A stretch of DNA of 52,457 nt from Candidatus Cloacimonadota bacterium. GTDB taxonomy: Bacteria > Cloacimonadota > Cloacimonadia > Cloacimonadales > JAFGVF01. Below are positions 37,201-50,543 of this stretch, piece after piece. Each line of letters begins with the position of its first letter. Position 1 is the first letter of the stretch. The notes beneath the pieces were generated by a model that was not told the DNA's origin, did not search any database, and saw only the letters and a program-made list of their open reading frames with translations. A program made the translations under genes and the position numbers. The stretch covers positions 1 through 52,457 of the forward strand of contig JAEKNW010000215.1 of the NCBI GenBank assembly GCA_016838885.1, written 5' to 3'.

Positions 37201-38865
37201 ATGAGAAAACTCATTGTACTAATATTGAGTGCATTTCTATTTGCCTGTAGTATGAATGTAAGTTCATTCGAAGAACAAGAAAAACCAGAAAAAGTCGATG
37301 GAGCGCTCAAAGTAGCTATACTTCCGCTCGAAAAATTAGATAATCAAAGTGGATATATCAAGAAAATCATGGAAGTTAGAGATCTTCAAATGTTGTTTGA
37401 TTTAACTGCTAACTATGTATTGATGGATATTGATCAAGTTGCCATGGTTTTAGATGATTATGGAGATGTTGCTATCGATGAACTAGAGAAAGAAGAAATT
37501 CTTGATATAGGAAAAGAATTGGGTGTTGATTTAGTTATAACCATGACTGTTGAAGAGATTAGAAATCCTCAATTTAGAGTAGCTTATACTCTCTTTTCCA
37601 TGAGAACCAGTGATGTTACAAGTGGCAGAACAACTGTACTTAAAAACAAAGAACAAAGATTAACTGCTCTAAGTGATGAATTTATGGGTACTGTTGATGA
37701 TTTCGTAAGTTCTGAAATGCTAAAACTTATTGATATTGCAAAACAAGCCTATAACACAAGACGTTATGATGTTTCTAGAGAATCATTCAATAATATTTTA
37801 CAAATAGATCCTTCACTTGATGAAGCTCGTTACTATCTAGGACTTATCAATCTTAAAGAAGAAAATTATGATGAAGCTCTCTCTTACTTCAATAACCTAG
37901 TTGAACAAGATACAACAGGGAACATTGATTATCTTGATATTCAGTATCAAGTATATTATGTTCAAGGTATGTTCAGAGAAGCTGCTGAACCCCTTAGAAA
38001 AATTGCTGAAATTAGAAACACTAAAGAAGACTGGCTCTTGTTAGCAGATTTATATACTAGAAATAGTGACTCAAGAAACGTCATAGATGCCGTTTCCAGG
38101 GCAATTGAACTAGATCCGGAAGATAGTGATGCAATTTATCGCTACGCTAATGTTCTATATGATACCCAAGATTATCAAAAAGCAATCCCTTATTTAGAAC
38201 AAGCTCTTGCCTTATTCCCTGAAGATGATATTGTGGTTACAAATCTAATCTCTGCTTACCAACAAACCGGTCAAATAGACCAAGCTATTAAAAATTACGA
38301 AGATATTGTTAAAAGAGATGGTAAAAATGTTAATGCTCGTCTTAATCTGGCAAATATGTACTTGTCAGCTGCCAAAGAAGCAGAAAAAGCGGGCAATACT
38401 AATACTGCTAGAACTTTTAAACAAAAAGCTACAAAAGCATATAACGATGTTGTGAAAATTGATGATACTAACGGAATCGTATATATACGTTTAGCTAATC
38501 TATACCTTGAAGAAAAAGATTATCAGAAAGCCACTACTAATGTTGAAAAAGCTATGATCTTTAGCCCTAATAATTATGCACCATTTATCATGTCTGCCCA
38601 AATTAAAAGAGTTCTAGGATTCGAGAAATATCAAGCTGCTGTTAAGCTCAATTCTGAAATCCCAAAAGCTGTTGGTTCAAAAGCTCAAACCTTAGCCAGT
38701 CAAAGAGACCAAGCAGTTGAAGAAGCTAGTAACTTCTACAGAGAAGCTGAAGAAAACTTAGAACAAGCTGCTAAAGTTACTGACAAAGCTCAAGTCCTCA
38801 ACATTGTGGAAAATAATTTAACAATGATTAGAGATTTAGAGGATAGATTAAGATCTAGCTTCTAA
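37201..38865 (+). CDS. TPR-repeat lipoprotein
   Basis: Lipobox LFAC; N-terminal VAILP (TolB_N/CsgG-like) segment; many TPR repeats. Confidence 0.8.
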   Translation: MRKLIVLILSAFLFACSMNVSSFEEQEKPEKVDGALKVAILPLEKLDNQSGYIKKIMEVRDLQMLFDLTANYVLMDIDQVAMVLDDYGDVAIDELEKEEILDIGKELGVDLVITMTVEEIRNPQFRVAYTLFSMRTSDVTSGRTTVLKNKEQRLTALSDEFMGTVDDFVSSEMLKLIDIAKQAYNTRRYDVSRESFNNILQIDPSLDEARYYLGLINLKEENYDEALSYFNNLVEQDTTGNIDYLDIQYQVYYVQGMFREAAEPLRKIAEIRNTKEDWLLLADLYTRNSDSRNVIDAVSRAIELDPEDSDAIYRYANVLYDTQDYQKAIPYLEQALALFPEDDIVVTNLISAYQQTGQIDQAIKNYEDIVKRDGKNVNARLNLANMYLSAAKEAEKAGNTNTARTFKQKATKAYNDVVKIDDTNGIVYIRLANLYLEEKDYQKATTNVEKAMIFSPNNYAPFIMSAQIKRVLGFEKYQAAVKLNSEIPKAVGSKAQTLASQRDQAVEEASNFYREAEENLEQAAKVTDKAQVLNIVENNLTMIRDLEDRLRSSF

Positions 38866-38887
38866 AAAATATCCTTTAATGTTCTTT

Positions 38888-38913
38888 AAGCCCTGCTTGC
38901 AGGGCTTTTCTAT
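38888..38913 (+). terminator. Rho-independent terminator
   Basis: AAGCCCTGC-tt-GCAGGGCTT followed by T-rich tail, 22 nt after the stop. Confidence 0.75.
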
Positions 38914-39007
38914 TGCTATAAAGGTGCACATCTCCTCCTAAACGCAGAGTTCCACAGAGGTCAAGAGGAGTTTCACAAAGTTTTAAGAAAGAAGATGAAG
39001 AGCTTTC

Positions 39008-39101
39008 ACTCGAATTAACTCGAATTAAAACGAATAAACACGAATTATTTTTCGCTGATCGCGAAAAGACGGGGAGACGGGGAGAAAGGGAGACGGGGAG
39101 A
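39008..39101. repeat. Short tandem repeats (CGAATTA 10-mers; GACGGGGA 8-mers)
   Basis: actcgaatta/actcgaatta/aaacgaata/aacacgaatta and gacggggagacggggagaaagggagacggggaga. Confidence 0.7.
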
Positions 39102-39146
39102 ATTCATCGTGTTAATTGGACACAGAGTATGAGCCCGTATGTCTTA

Positions 39147-39405
39147 AATCCCCTCTTCATTTGCTATAGCAAATGTTTCCAAGAGGGGTGGCATCGAAGA
39201 TGACGGGGCCTTTCTTCAATCCCCTCTTCATTTGCTCTAGCAAATGTTTCCAAGAGGGGTACATCATACGAAGCTTCCTACTTCGCTAAAGCTATGTAGG
39301 ATGTACTAGCGAAGTATGATGGCATCGAAGATGACGGGGCCTTTCTTCAATCCCCTCTTAATCCCAGAGGGATGAGTGAGAGGGGTGCCCAAAGGGCGGG
39401 GAGAG
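39147..39405. repeat. Nested palindromic tandem repeats (three AATCCCCTCTT...GAGGGGT units)
   Basis: Units at 39147, 39218, 39349; shared linker GGCATCGAAGATGACGGGGCCTTTCTTC; internal palindromes. Confidence 0.8.
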
Positions 39406-39487
39406 TAAAGAAGAGCATTTTGACATGGACTATATATATATGAAGGATGATGAATGAGAGATCGAGAGATGTCTTGATTTAAGTTTA

Positions 39488-39568
39488 ACCCAAAAATGCA
39501 GTAGACTTTTGTGTATAGCACTATATTCTTCTGCAATCTTCAATAAAATTCTACTGTATCAATGGGGT
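39488..39568. mobile_element. Short MITE-like element with ACCC...GGGT ends
   Basis: ACCCAAAAATGCAGTAGA ... TCTACTGTATCAATGGGGT; shares TAGCACTATATTC with the 51859 copy; TTA on both sides. Confidence 0.55.
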
Positions 39569-39580
39569 TTAACATAACTA

Positions 39581-39609
39581 TTGACAAATAATCCTACTAT
39601 TGAGAAAAT
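39581..39609 (+). promoter_or_regulatory. Sigma70-type promoter of the ligA operon
   Basis: TTGACA-17 bp-GAAAAT with TGn extension. Confidence 0.45.
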
Positions 39610-39630
39610 GCAAAAAAATATAAGGTTTAG

Positions 39631-43081
<3,451 letters not shown>

Positions 43082-43085
<4 letters not shown>

Positions 43086-44170
43086 GAATATTAGATAGAT
43101 ACTTAATTAAAGAGTTTATTAAAACTTTCATTGTGATATTTTTTGCCTCGTCAATTCTCTTTATCGTAATTGATATTATTGACCAACTTTCAAAAATGTT
43201 AAAATACGGGGCTACTCTTAATCAAGCCACTTTGTATTATATTCTTAGGTTACCCTACTTATTGACCTTAACCTCACCTGTAATTATGCTGATAACCGGA
43301 TTATTCCTAATGAATAATCTGGCTAAATATAATGAATCAATAGCAGTTAGAGCTGCAGGAATTAGCATCAAACGGATGTTATTTCCACTGATAATTATTG
43401 GTTTATTGGTCAGTATTATGATTGGTTGGTTCGGAGATTATGTGCTTCCAAAAGCTGAAGAGAAAAGACAAATCCTCTATCAGGTTGAAATAAAAAAAGG
43501 TGATGTGAGAGATAAATTACTAAGAACAAAGATATTCTTTCAAGAAGGAGATGAAACTCATAATTATGTGGCTTTCTTTAGTGGGCATAACAATGAGATG
43601 AGGGTCATTGATAAAACAATAGTTGCCCCTGATTTCTCATCAATTCTTACAAGAGCCGAAGCTACATCTGCTAAATGGGATAGCGATGAATGGCTTTATA
43701 AACAACTTTATCAACGTGATTTTAAAGCAGGAAGCCTTATAAAATATCAATATCAGGATGAGTTAAAAGATAATATCATGACTGTTACCCCAGAAGAATT
43801 TATTAGATCGGGCAAAGCTACTATGTCTATGAATTACCGTGAACTTAGTGCCTATATAGATAGACTAAAGAAACTAAATGATAATTACTCAAAAGAGTTA
43901 GTAGACCTCTATATGAAGATATCATTTCCTTTTGCTAATCTTATTATTCTCTTTTTCTCTTTTCCTATCGTCTCTAGTTCAACTAGAAGTAAAAATCGAG
44001 GTTATATTTTTATGATAGGTTTATCTGTTTGCTTCATCTTTCTAATCACATTTCAGATTACGAGGAGTCTTGGCTACAGTGAAGTACTTTCTCCTTTAGT
44101 AGCAGCTTGGGCACCTAATGTATTCTTTGCCATGGTTGGATTATATTTCTTACATAAAGCTGAGGTTTAA
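43082..44170 (+). CDS. lptG: LptF/LptG family LPS export permease (LptG)
   Basis: MRILDRYL, NESIAVRAAGIS, KISFPF, AAWAPN. Confidence 0.88.
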
Positions 44171-45322
44171 ATGAAAATAGTAGTTAAAAAATTTGGTGGG
44201 ACATCTGTTGGGAGCATTGAACGAATCCGCAATATTGCACGTAGATTACATCAAGAGATGGCATCTGATTGCAGATATGTAATTGTGGTTTCAGCAATGG
44301 GAGATACAACAGATGAATTAACAGATATGGCTTATCAACTAAGCAAAAAGCCCATAAAAAGAGAACTTGATATGCTTCTTACGGCCGGAGAGAGAATTAG
44401 TATGTCTCTGCTCTCTATTGCTTTACAGGAGTTTGGTATATTCTCAATTTCCTTTACCGGTTCTCAATCCGGGATTATAACAGACTCTAATCATGGTAAT
44501 GCCAGAATTATTGATGTTACAGCCTTTAGAATTAGAGAAGAGTTAGTAAAGCACAAAGTTGTGATCGTAGCGGGTTTTCAAGGTGTAAGCAGAGAGAAAG
44601 AGGTAACAACTTTAGGAAGAGGGGGATCTGATACTTCAGCTGTTGCCCTGGCAGCCTATCTTAATGCTGAGAAGTGTGAGATTTATACTGATGTAGATGG
44701 TATCTACAGTGCAGACCCACGGATAGTGCATGATTATGTAAAACTAGATGAGATAAACTACGACACTGTACTAGAGATGGCTTATGGTGGAGCAAAAGTT
44801 ATTCACCCGCGGGCTATTGAGTTTGCCAAAAAATACGATATACCTTTAGAAGTGAAATCTTCTTTTACCTTTAATACCGGAACTTTAATAAATAAGGAAT
44901 TACTTAATATGGAAGAAAAAAAAATAACTTCATTAGCCCAGAAAACAGGCTTGTTTAGATTCATAGTGGAAGCTGATTCACTCCACTTACTACAAGCTAT
45001 CAACAATGCTAACATTGATCTTTATGATTTTACTATCAATGGCAACAACACTATTATAGTTGAAAAAGAGAATTATGAAGAGACTTTAACTTCTTTAAAA
45101 CCCTTCCTCATCATTGAAGAGTGTGAGGTGCAGTCAATATCTATAATCGGACATAGGATTATTAATGATATTGACTTCTTAATGGCTTTAATCAAAGAAG
45201 TAAAATCATTAGATACTGAGATTAAAGATATTAAGAAGAACGCAGTGGGAATAAACTTAATAGTATCCACTCGCGATATTGATCAATTATTGAACAAATT
45301 ACATAAAAATTATATAAAATAA
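44171..45322 (+). CDS. lysC: Aspartate kinase
   Basis: KFGGTSV, VVSAMG, VAGFQG, TTLGRGGSDTSAVA, YTDVDG. Confidence 0.95.
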   Translation: MKIVVKKFGGTSVGSIERIRNIARRLHQEMASDCRYVIVVSAMGDTTDELTDMAYQLSKKPIKRELDMLLTAGERISMSLLSIALQEFGIFSISFTGSQSGIITDSNHGNARIIDVTAFRIREELVKHKVVIVAGFQGVSREKEVTTLGRGGSDTSAVALAAYLNAEKCEIYTDVDGIYSADPRIVHDYVKLDEINYDTVLEMAYGGAKVIHPRAIEFAKKYDIPLEVKSSFTFNTGTLINKELLNMEEKKITSLAQKTGLFRFIVEADSLHLLQAINNANIDLYDFTINGNNTIIVEKENYEETLTSLKPFLIIEECEVQSISIIGHRIINDIDFLMALIKEVKSLDTEIKDIKKNAVGINLIVSTRDIDQLLNKLHKNYIK

Positions 45323-45335
45323 TGGAGAATTATTA

Positions 45336-47366
45336 ATGAGTAAATATATAGTTACCAGTGCCTTACCCTATGCTAATGGTAAATTACACATTGGTCATGT
45401 GGCAGGTGCATATTTACCTGCAGATATATTTGTTAGATACTTAAGATTAAAAGAAGAAGATGTTATTTATATCTGTGGAACTGATGAACATGGAGCTCCT
45501 ATTTCTATCAAAGCAGAGAAAGAAGGTGTTTCACCCCAAGTTATTGTTGATAGATACCATCAATCTATAAAAGATAGTTTTGCCGGACTTCATATTGATT
45601 TTGATAACTTTTCCGGGACTTCTAGAAAACCTCATTATGACTTATCTCAGCAATTCTTTACGGAGTTACTGGAAAACGGTTATATTACCAGTAAAATAAC
45701 CCAGCAGTTCTATGATGAACAAGAGGCACGTTTTCTTCCTGACAGATATGTTGAAGGTACTTGTCCTCACTGTGGAGCTGATGGAGCAAGAGGTGATCAA
45801 TGTGATACTTGTGGGAAGTTGATAGATTCCATAACTTTAGTTAATCCTATTAGCAAAGTCTCGGGTTCTACTCCTGTTATTAGAGATACTAAGCAGTGGT
45901 ACTTAGACCTACCAAAATTCACTCCTCAGCTTAAAGAGTGGTTAGAAACAAAAACTTATTGGAAAGAAAATGTTCGAAACTTTATTCTTTCTTGGCTTAA
46001 TGAAGGACTAATCGAAAGAGCTATTACACGTGATATTAACTGGGGGGTTCCTGTTCCTTTAGAAGAAGCAGAGGGAAAAGTACTTTACGTCTGGTTTGAT
46101 GCTCCTATAGGCTATATTTCATCTACAATTGAGTGGGCACAAAAATTAGGTAAACCTGAGCTGTGGAAAGAATACTGGTTAGACCAAAATACTAAGCTAG
46201 TGCATTTTATAGGCAAGGATAACATACCCTTCCATACTATCATGTGGCCTTCTTTCGTGATGGGACAGAATGAGAATTATATTTTTCCTCATGATGTTCC
46301 TGCTAATGAATATCTTAATTTAGAAGGAGATAAGATTTCTACAAGCCGTAATTGGGCTATTTGGGTGGATGAGTTTATTAAATATTTTGATGGTGAATAT
46401 CTCCGTTACGTCCTAGCTGCTAATGCTCCTGAAAAGCAAGATAATGATTTCTTGTGGAAAGACTTTCAGAATAAAATCAATACTGAACTCAACAATGTTC
46501 TAGGAAACCTAGCTAACAGAGTATTTTCTTTTTCCAAGAAACACTTTGATGGCTTTGTTGAAAAACCTACTCAGCTAAATGAGTTATCATTATCTACTTT
46601 AAAGCAAGTAAAAGAGTTAACTAAAGAGATTGATTCTTGCTATAAAGAATATCAAGTAAGAAAAGCTGTAAAAACTATAATGGATATTGCACGTCTAGGA
46701 AATAGATACTTCGATGAAAGAGAACCATGGAAAGTTATCAAAACTGATAAAGAAGCTGTCCAAGAAACCATTTATACATCTTGTGAGATTCTAAGGGTTA
46801 TTTCAGTGGTAATGACACCTATTCTACCTAACTTTATGTTTGAACTACGCAAGATTATGGGCTTAACAACAAACGCAGTTTGGACAGAGTTAGATGCTAG
46901 TCCATATCCGATAAAGTTAGATAATATTGTTCAAATTTTCCATAAAGTTGAGGATAATCAGATTGAGGAGCAAATTAAACTCTTACAAGAAAACTCCAAA
47001 GCTAATCAAGAAGCTGAGAAAGCTAGTTTTCAAGACATTAAAGCAGAGATTGAATTTGATGATTTTCTTAAATTAGATATTAGAATTGCTGAAATTCTAA
47101 CTGCTACCAAGGTAAAAAAGACTGATAAGTTATTGCAAATCACTGCTGATATTGGAGGGAAAGAGATTGAACTCATTGCCGGACTTGCCAAAGCCTACAC
47201 TCCAGAAGAGATTATAGGGAAAAAGGTAGTTATGCTTCTTAATCTAAAACCAAGACAGATTAAAGGTATTCTCTCACAAGGCATGATTCTTGCCGCCGAT
47301 GATGGCGATACTCTCTCTATCTTAACAGCCCACAAAGATGTTAAAACCGGATCTGTGATCGGTTAA
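45336..47366 (+). CDS. metG: Methionine--tRNA ligase
   Basis: ALPYANG.LHIGH, GTDEHG, Zn knuckle, YVWFDA, KISTS, C-terminal tRNA-binding domain. Confidence 0.97.
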   Translation: MSKYIVTSALPYANGKLHIGHVAGAYLPADIFVRYLRLKEEDVIYICGTDEHGAPISIKAEKEGVSPQVIVDRYHQSIKDSFAGLHIDFDNFSGTSRKPHYDLSQQFFTELLENGYITSKITQQFYDEQEARFLPDRYVEGTCPHCGADGARGDQCDTCGKLIDSITLVNPISKVSGSTPVIRDTKQWYLDLPKFTPQLKEWLETKTYWKENVRNFILSWLNEGLIERAITRDINWGVPVPLEEAEGKVLYVWFDAPIGYISSTIEWAQKLGKPELWKEYWLDQNTKLVHFIGKDNIPFHTIMWPSFVMGQNENYIFPHDVPANEYLNLEGDKISTSRNWAIWVDEFIKYFDGEYLRYVLAANAPEKQDNDFLWKDFQNKINTELNNVLGNLANRVFSFSKKHFDGFVEKPTQLNELSLSTLKQVKELTKEIDSCYKEYQVRKAVKTIMDIARLGNRYFDEREPWKVIKTDKEAVQETIYTSCEILRVISVVMTPILPNFMFELRKIMGLTTNAVWTELDASPYPIKLDNIVQIFHKVEDNQIEEQIKLLQENSKANQEAEKASFQDIKAEIEFDDFLKLDIRIAEILTATKVKKTDKLLQITADIGGKEIELIAGLAKAYTPEEIIGKKVVMLLNLKPRQIKGILSQGMILAADDGDTLSILTAHKDVKTGSVIG

Positions 47367-47444
47367 GAAATAATCCTCCTATTACGATACTTTTGGCATT
47401 TTATAATTAATACAATATATTATAAAATAAAAAGTGAGGTCAAT

Positions 47445-48341
47445 ATGAAAAGATTAATTTTGATATTACTCATCGTAATAGGAGGAATAATTATGTATAG
47501 TCAAGACCGTAAATTAAATGATTTAGAAAAATATGTTATAGAGAATAAAGGGACAGAAGCTCCTTTTACCGGAGAATATGTAGAACATTTTGAAGATGGG
47601 ACCTACCATTGTAAGAAGTGTGGAACAGAACTATTTGATGCTTCAGATAAGTTTCATTCAAGTTGTGGCTGGCCTAGTTTTGATGATGCTCTGCCCGGTA
47701 GAGTAAAAGAGGTCCCTGACAAAGATGGAATAAGAACAGAAATAGTTTGTGCTAATTGTGGCGGGCATCTTGGCCATGTATTCAGAGGTGAAGGGTATAC
47801 AGATAAAAACCTTCGTCATTGCGTCAATTCTGTCTCTATGAAGTTTGAAGAAAGAAGCAAAGAAGCAGAAGCTTATTTTGCGGGCGGATGCTTCTGGGGT
47901 GTTGAATACTACCTACAGAAGTTGGATGGTGTAATTTCGACAAGTGTTGGATTTATGGGGGGGCATGTAGTAAATCCCGGATACTATGAAGTTGTTCGAG
48001 GTGGAACAGGACATATTGAAACTACCAAAGTTGTCTATAACCCTAACAAGATTACCTATGAGGAACTTACTAAATATTTCTTTGAAATTCATGACCCTAC
48101 TCAACTTGACAGGCAAGGACCTGATATAGGCCAACAGTACAGATCAGTGATATTTTACTCTTCTGAGCAAGAGAAAAGAGTAGCAGCTACTTTAATTCAA
48201 ACTTTGAAAAATAAAGGATATGACGTTGTTACTAAGTTAGAAGCAGCCCAAGCTTTCTATAAAGCTGAAAATTATCATCAAGATTACTATCAAAACAAAG
48301 GTAGTCTTCCTTATTGCCACTCATATAAAAAGAAATTTTAA
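47445..48341 (+). CDS. msrAB: Bifunctional methionine sulfoxide reductase (MsrB-MsrA order) with N-terminal hydrophobic signal
   Basis: GTEAPF, GWPSF, GHLGHVF, RHCVNS (MsrB); FAGGCFWG, HDPT, YHQDY (MsrA). Confidence 0.93.
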   Translation: MKRLILILLIVIGGIIMYSQDRKLNDLEKYVIENKGTEAPFTGEYVEHFEDGTYHCKKCGTELFDASDKFHSSCGWPSFDDALPGRVKEVPDKDGIRTEIVCANCGGHLGHVFRGEGYTDKNLRHCVNSVSMKFEERSKEAEAYFAGGCFWGVEYYLQKLDGVISTSVGFMGGHVVNPGYYEVVRGGTGHIETTKVVYNPNKITYEELTKYFFEIHDPTQLDRQGPDIGQQYRSVIFYSSEQEKRVAATLIQTLKNKGYDVVTKLEAAQAFYKAENYHQDYYQNKGSLPYCHSYKKKF

Positions 48342-48597
48342 CCCAAATAATGCAGTAGATCTTTGAGAAAAGCACTCTGGGATTGCGGGCTTCCAGCCCG
48401 TATTAGAAACAGACAACTCGTTGTCGGTTCTCCTCTGGGGCTTAATGGCGGACAGGATGTCCACGCTGTGTAATAATTAATATAATGATAGCTTTCAGAT
48501 GGGGGCAAGGATTGTATGGAGTGGAAGCGTCCCGCTTCCACAGCCAAGCTTCCAGCTTGGTAAATCTGGCGGCAAGATGCCCCCAGTCCATATCCCC
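48341..48597. repeat. Intergenic repeat mosaic between convergent genes
   Basis: MITE end ACCCAAATAATGCAGTAGA at 48341; REP-like hairpins at 48385-48401 and 48448-48464; one copy of the DGR-flank unit at 48514-48597. Confidence 0.8.
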
Positions 48598-48628
48598 GCT
48601 TTTCCAACCACCAAAACAAATCAACTAA

Positions 48629-49435
48629 TTATTCTTGGTTTAAATCTACAAGTTTATTTCTATACTGAAGCACATATATTCCTGAACTCATTCCTTTGAG
48701 TTTCCCATCTTTATCAGCATCTTGAAGAATATCAATAACCCAAACAGCTAACTCACTATTACCCTCTAAATTCTTTAAAGATCCTCGTGTTCTACCATCT
48801 TTTATCTCAAAATAGATCTTGCATATCTGAGAAACTTTCTTGGTTGGATCAAATTCTTTGCCTGCGAACAAGGAGCGGATAAGAGAATCATCTCCTCCAT
48901 AATTAGTATCTTGAAAGAAATCACTTGTTCCAGTGAATGAGATAAAGATAGTATCTTGTTTAGTTTTACTATATTTTCGGGTATTAATCTTAATTGGATC
49001 ATTATCTCCCAAAGATTCATGAATATCATGCTTGTCATAGTTGATTATATGCGAATTAGGAGCAACAACTTCACGATTTCTGTCTGCATAAGTAGAAGCT
49101 GTGTGGGTTCGATCTTGGAACCTGTCATTATCTTTATCTTCAAACAAATTAAATGAGTAATCTTCATCAGCAGGTGCTTCTATCTCGCTCTCCACAGTCG
49201 GTTTCATGAATTGATCAATGGGAACAGAGCTTGCTTCTTTGGTTTCTTTTTGAGCAATTTTAGTTTGCTTAACAGGCTCAATCTCAATTTTTTCCTCATC
49301 AGGAATTTTTTCTACTTCAATTGCCAGTTCTTTTACTTCAGGAGCTATATATTCTGGAATATCAATACTATAAAGAAATAATAACCCGTGCAGAAAAATA
49401 GAGATAATTAAAGGAAGGGAAAAGCTTTTTTTCAT
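48629..49435 (-). CDS. TonB-like energy transducer (divergent)
   Basis: N-terminal TM with SIFLH (SHLS-type motif), charged linker; downstream of exbB/exbD. Confidence 0.55.
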   Translation of the reverse strand: MKKSFSLPLIISIFLHGLLFLYSIDIPEYIAPEVKELAIEVEKIPDEEKIEIEPVKQTKIAQKETKEASSVPIDQFMKPTVESEIEAPADEDYSFNLFEDKDNDRFQDRTHTASTYADRNREVVAPNSHIINYDKHDIHESLGDNDPIKINTRKYSKTKQDTIFISFTGTSDFFQDTNYGGDDSLIRSLFAGKEFDPTKKVSQICKIYFEIKDGRTRGSLKNLEGNSELAVWVIDILQDADKDGKLKGMSSGIYVLQYRNKLVDLNQE

Positions 49436-49437
49436 GA

Positions 49438-49851
49438 TTAATCAACATTATAGCGTGTTGGGTAGGAGATTCTCTTAGCTCCTACTTCTGTTACAAGATC
49501 ATGGACAGGGACAATATTTTTCCATTGCACCTCTTCATCAACCCAAATTTCTACTTTTGAATCAGGTTCTTGAATTAATCTGGTTCGCATTTCATCAACA
49601 AAATTTGCTTGGCTATACTTCTTATCTTTATTATCGAGGCATAGATCATTATCTCTGGTAATGATAACTTTGATAATATTGCCTGTTGGGAGTTTGCTTG
49701 TACTTACCGATTGGGGTAAGGTAACTCCTATTGAATTAATATTTACAAAGTTAGATGAAAGGAGAAGGAATATGATTAAAAGAAAGACTACGTCTGTCAT
49801 CGAAATCAATACTGTAGAAGTAATTTTTCTCTTTTTAACATCTATTTTCAT
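49438..49851 (-). CDS. exbD: Biopolymer transport protein ExbD/TolR
   Basis: SMTDVVFLLIIFLLL TM with conserved Asp, LPQS. Confidence 0.88.
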   Translation of the reverse strand: MKIDVKKRKITSTVLISMTDVVFLLIIFLLLSSNFVNINSIGVTLPQSVSTSKLPTGNIIKVIITRDNDLCLDNKDKKYSQANFVDEMRTRLIQEPDSKVEIWVDEEVQWKNIVPVHDLVTEVGAKRISYPTRYNVD

Positions 49852-49853
49852 TA

Positions 49854-50459
49854 TTAATTCCTATTGCTTTCTCGGTGTTTGAGTATTACATGGTGCCCAA
49901 TTTCTTCAATCTTTCCTGCCATACTTTCAATAGATGAGACAAAATAGTTGTTGAAAATTAGTGCTACAATACCTACTACTAAGCCTCCGATAGTTGTTAG
50001 CATGGCTTCCCAAATACCATTAGCCAGCATACTGATATCAACTCCACCTTTAGCTAAACCAATGTTCATAAAGACTTTTACCATGCCTGAAGCTGTCCCT
50101 AAGAACCCTATTAAGGGAGCTACTGCAGATAAAGTCGATAATACACCAATATGGTTCTCTAAGCTTTTAATCTCAACCTTGGCCTTGTTCTCCATCTCTT
50201 CAGTGGCATCCTTCTCTCCATAACTTAAAAATTCAATTCCTCTTTTTAAGGTGTTAGGAAGCGGTGATTCAATTATACTACTTTTAATATAATCTTCTAT
50301 GCCTGAGATATTATCAATAGTCTCTAGTTCATTTGCAAATTCTTCATCTCGCTTCTTAGCTTTGAAGATTACGATAAATCTCTCAATAATCACTGCTATT
50401 GTTATTATGGATGCTAATAACAATACATACATTAATATTCCGCCTCTGGCTATAAACAT
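49854..50459 (-). CDS. exbB: MotA/TolQ/ExbB proton channel
   Basis: APLIGFLGTASGM, GIWEAMLTT.GGL.V. Confidence 0.9.
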   Translation of the reverse strand: MFIARGGILMYVLLLASIITIAVIIERFIVIFKAKKRDEEFANELETIDNISGIEDYIKSSIIESPLPNTLKRGIEFLSYGEKDATEEMENKAKVEIKSLENHIGVLSTLSAVAPLIGFLGTASGMVKVFMNIGLAKGGVDISMLANGIWEAMLTTIGGLVVGIVALIFNNYFVSSIESMAGKIEEIGHHVILKHRESNRN

Positions 50460-50543
50460 GCAGGCTCCTCCGATTTTTATAGAATTTTATTTACTTTTTA
50501 TATTTATGCTCCCCTCGCTCTTTGTCTTGAGGGATAGAGGTTT

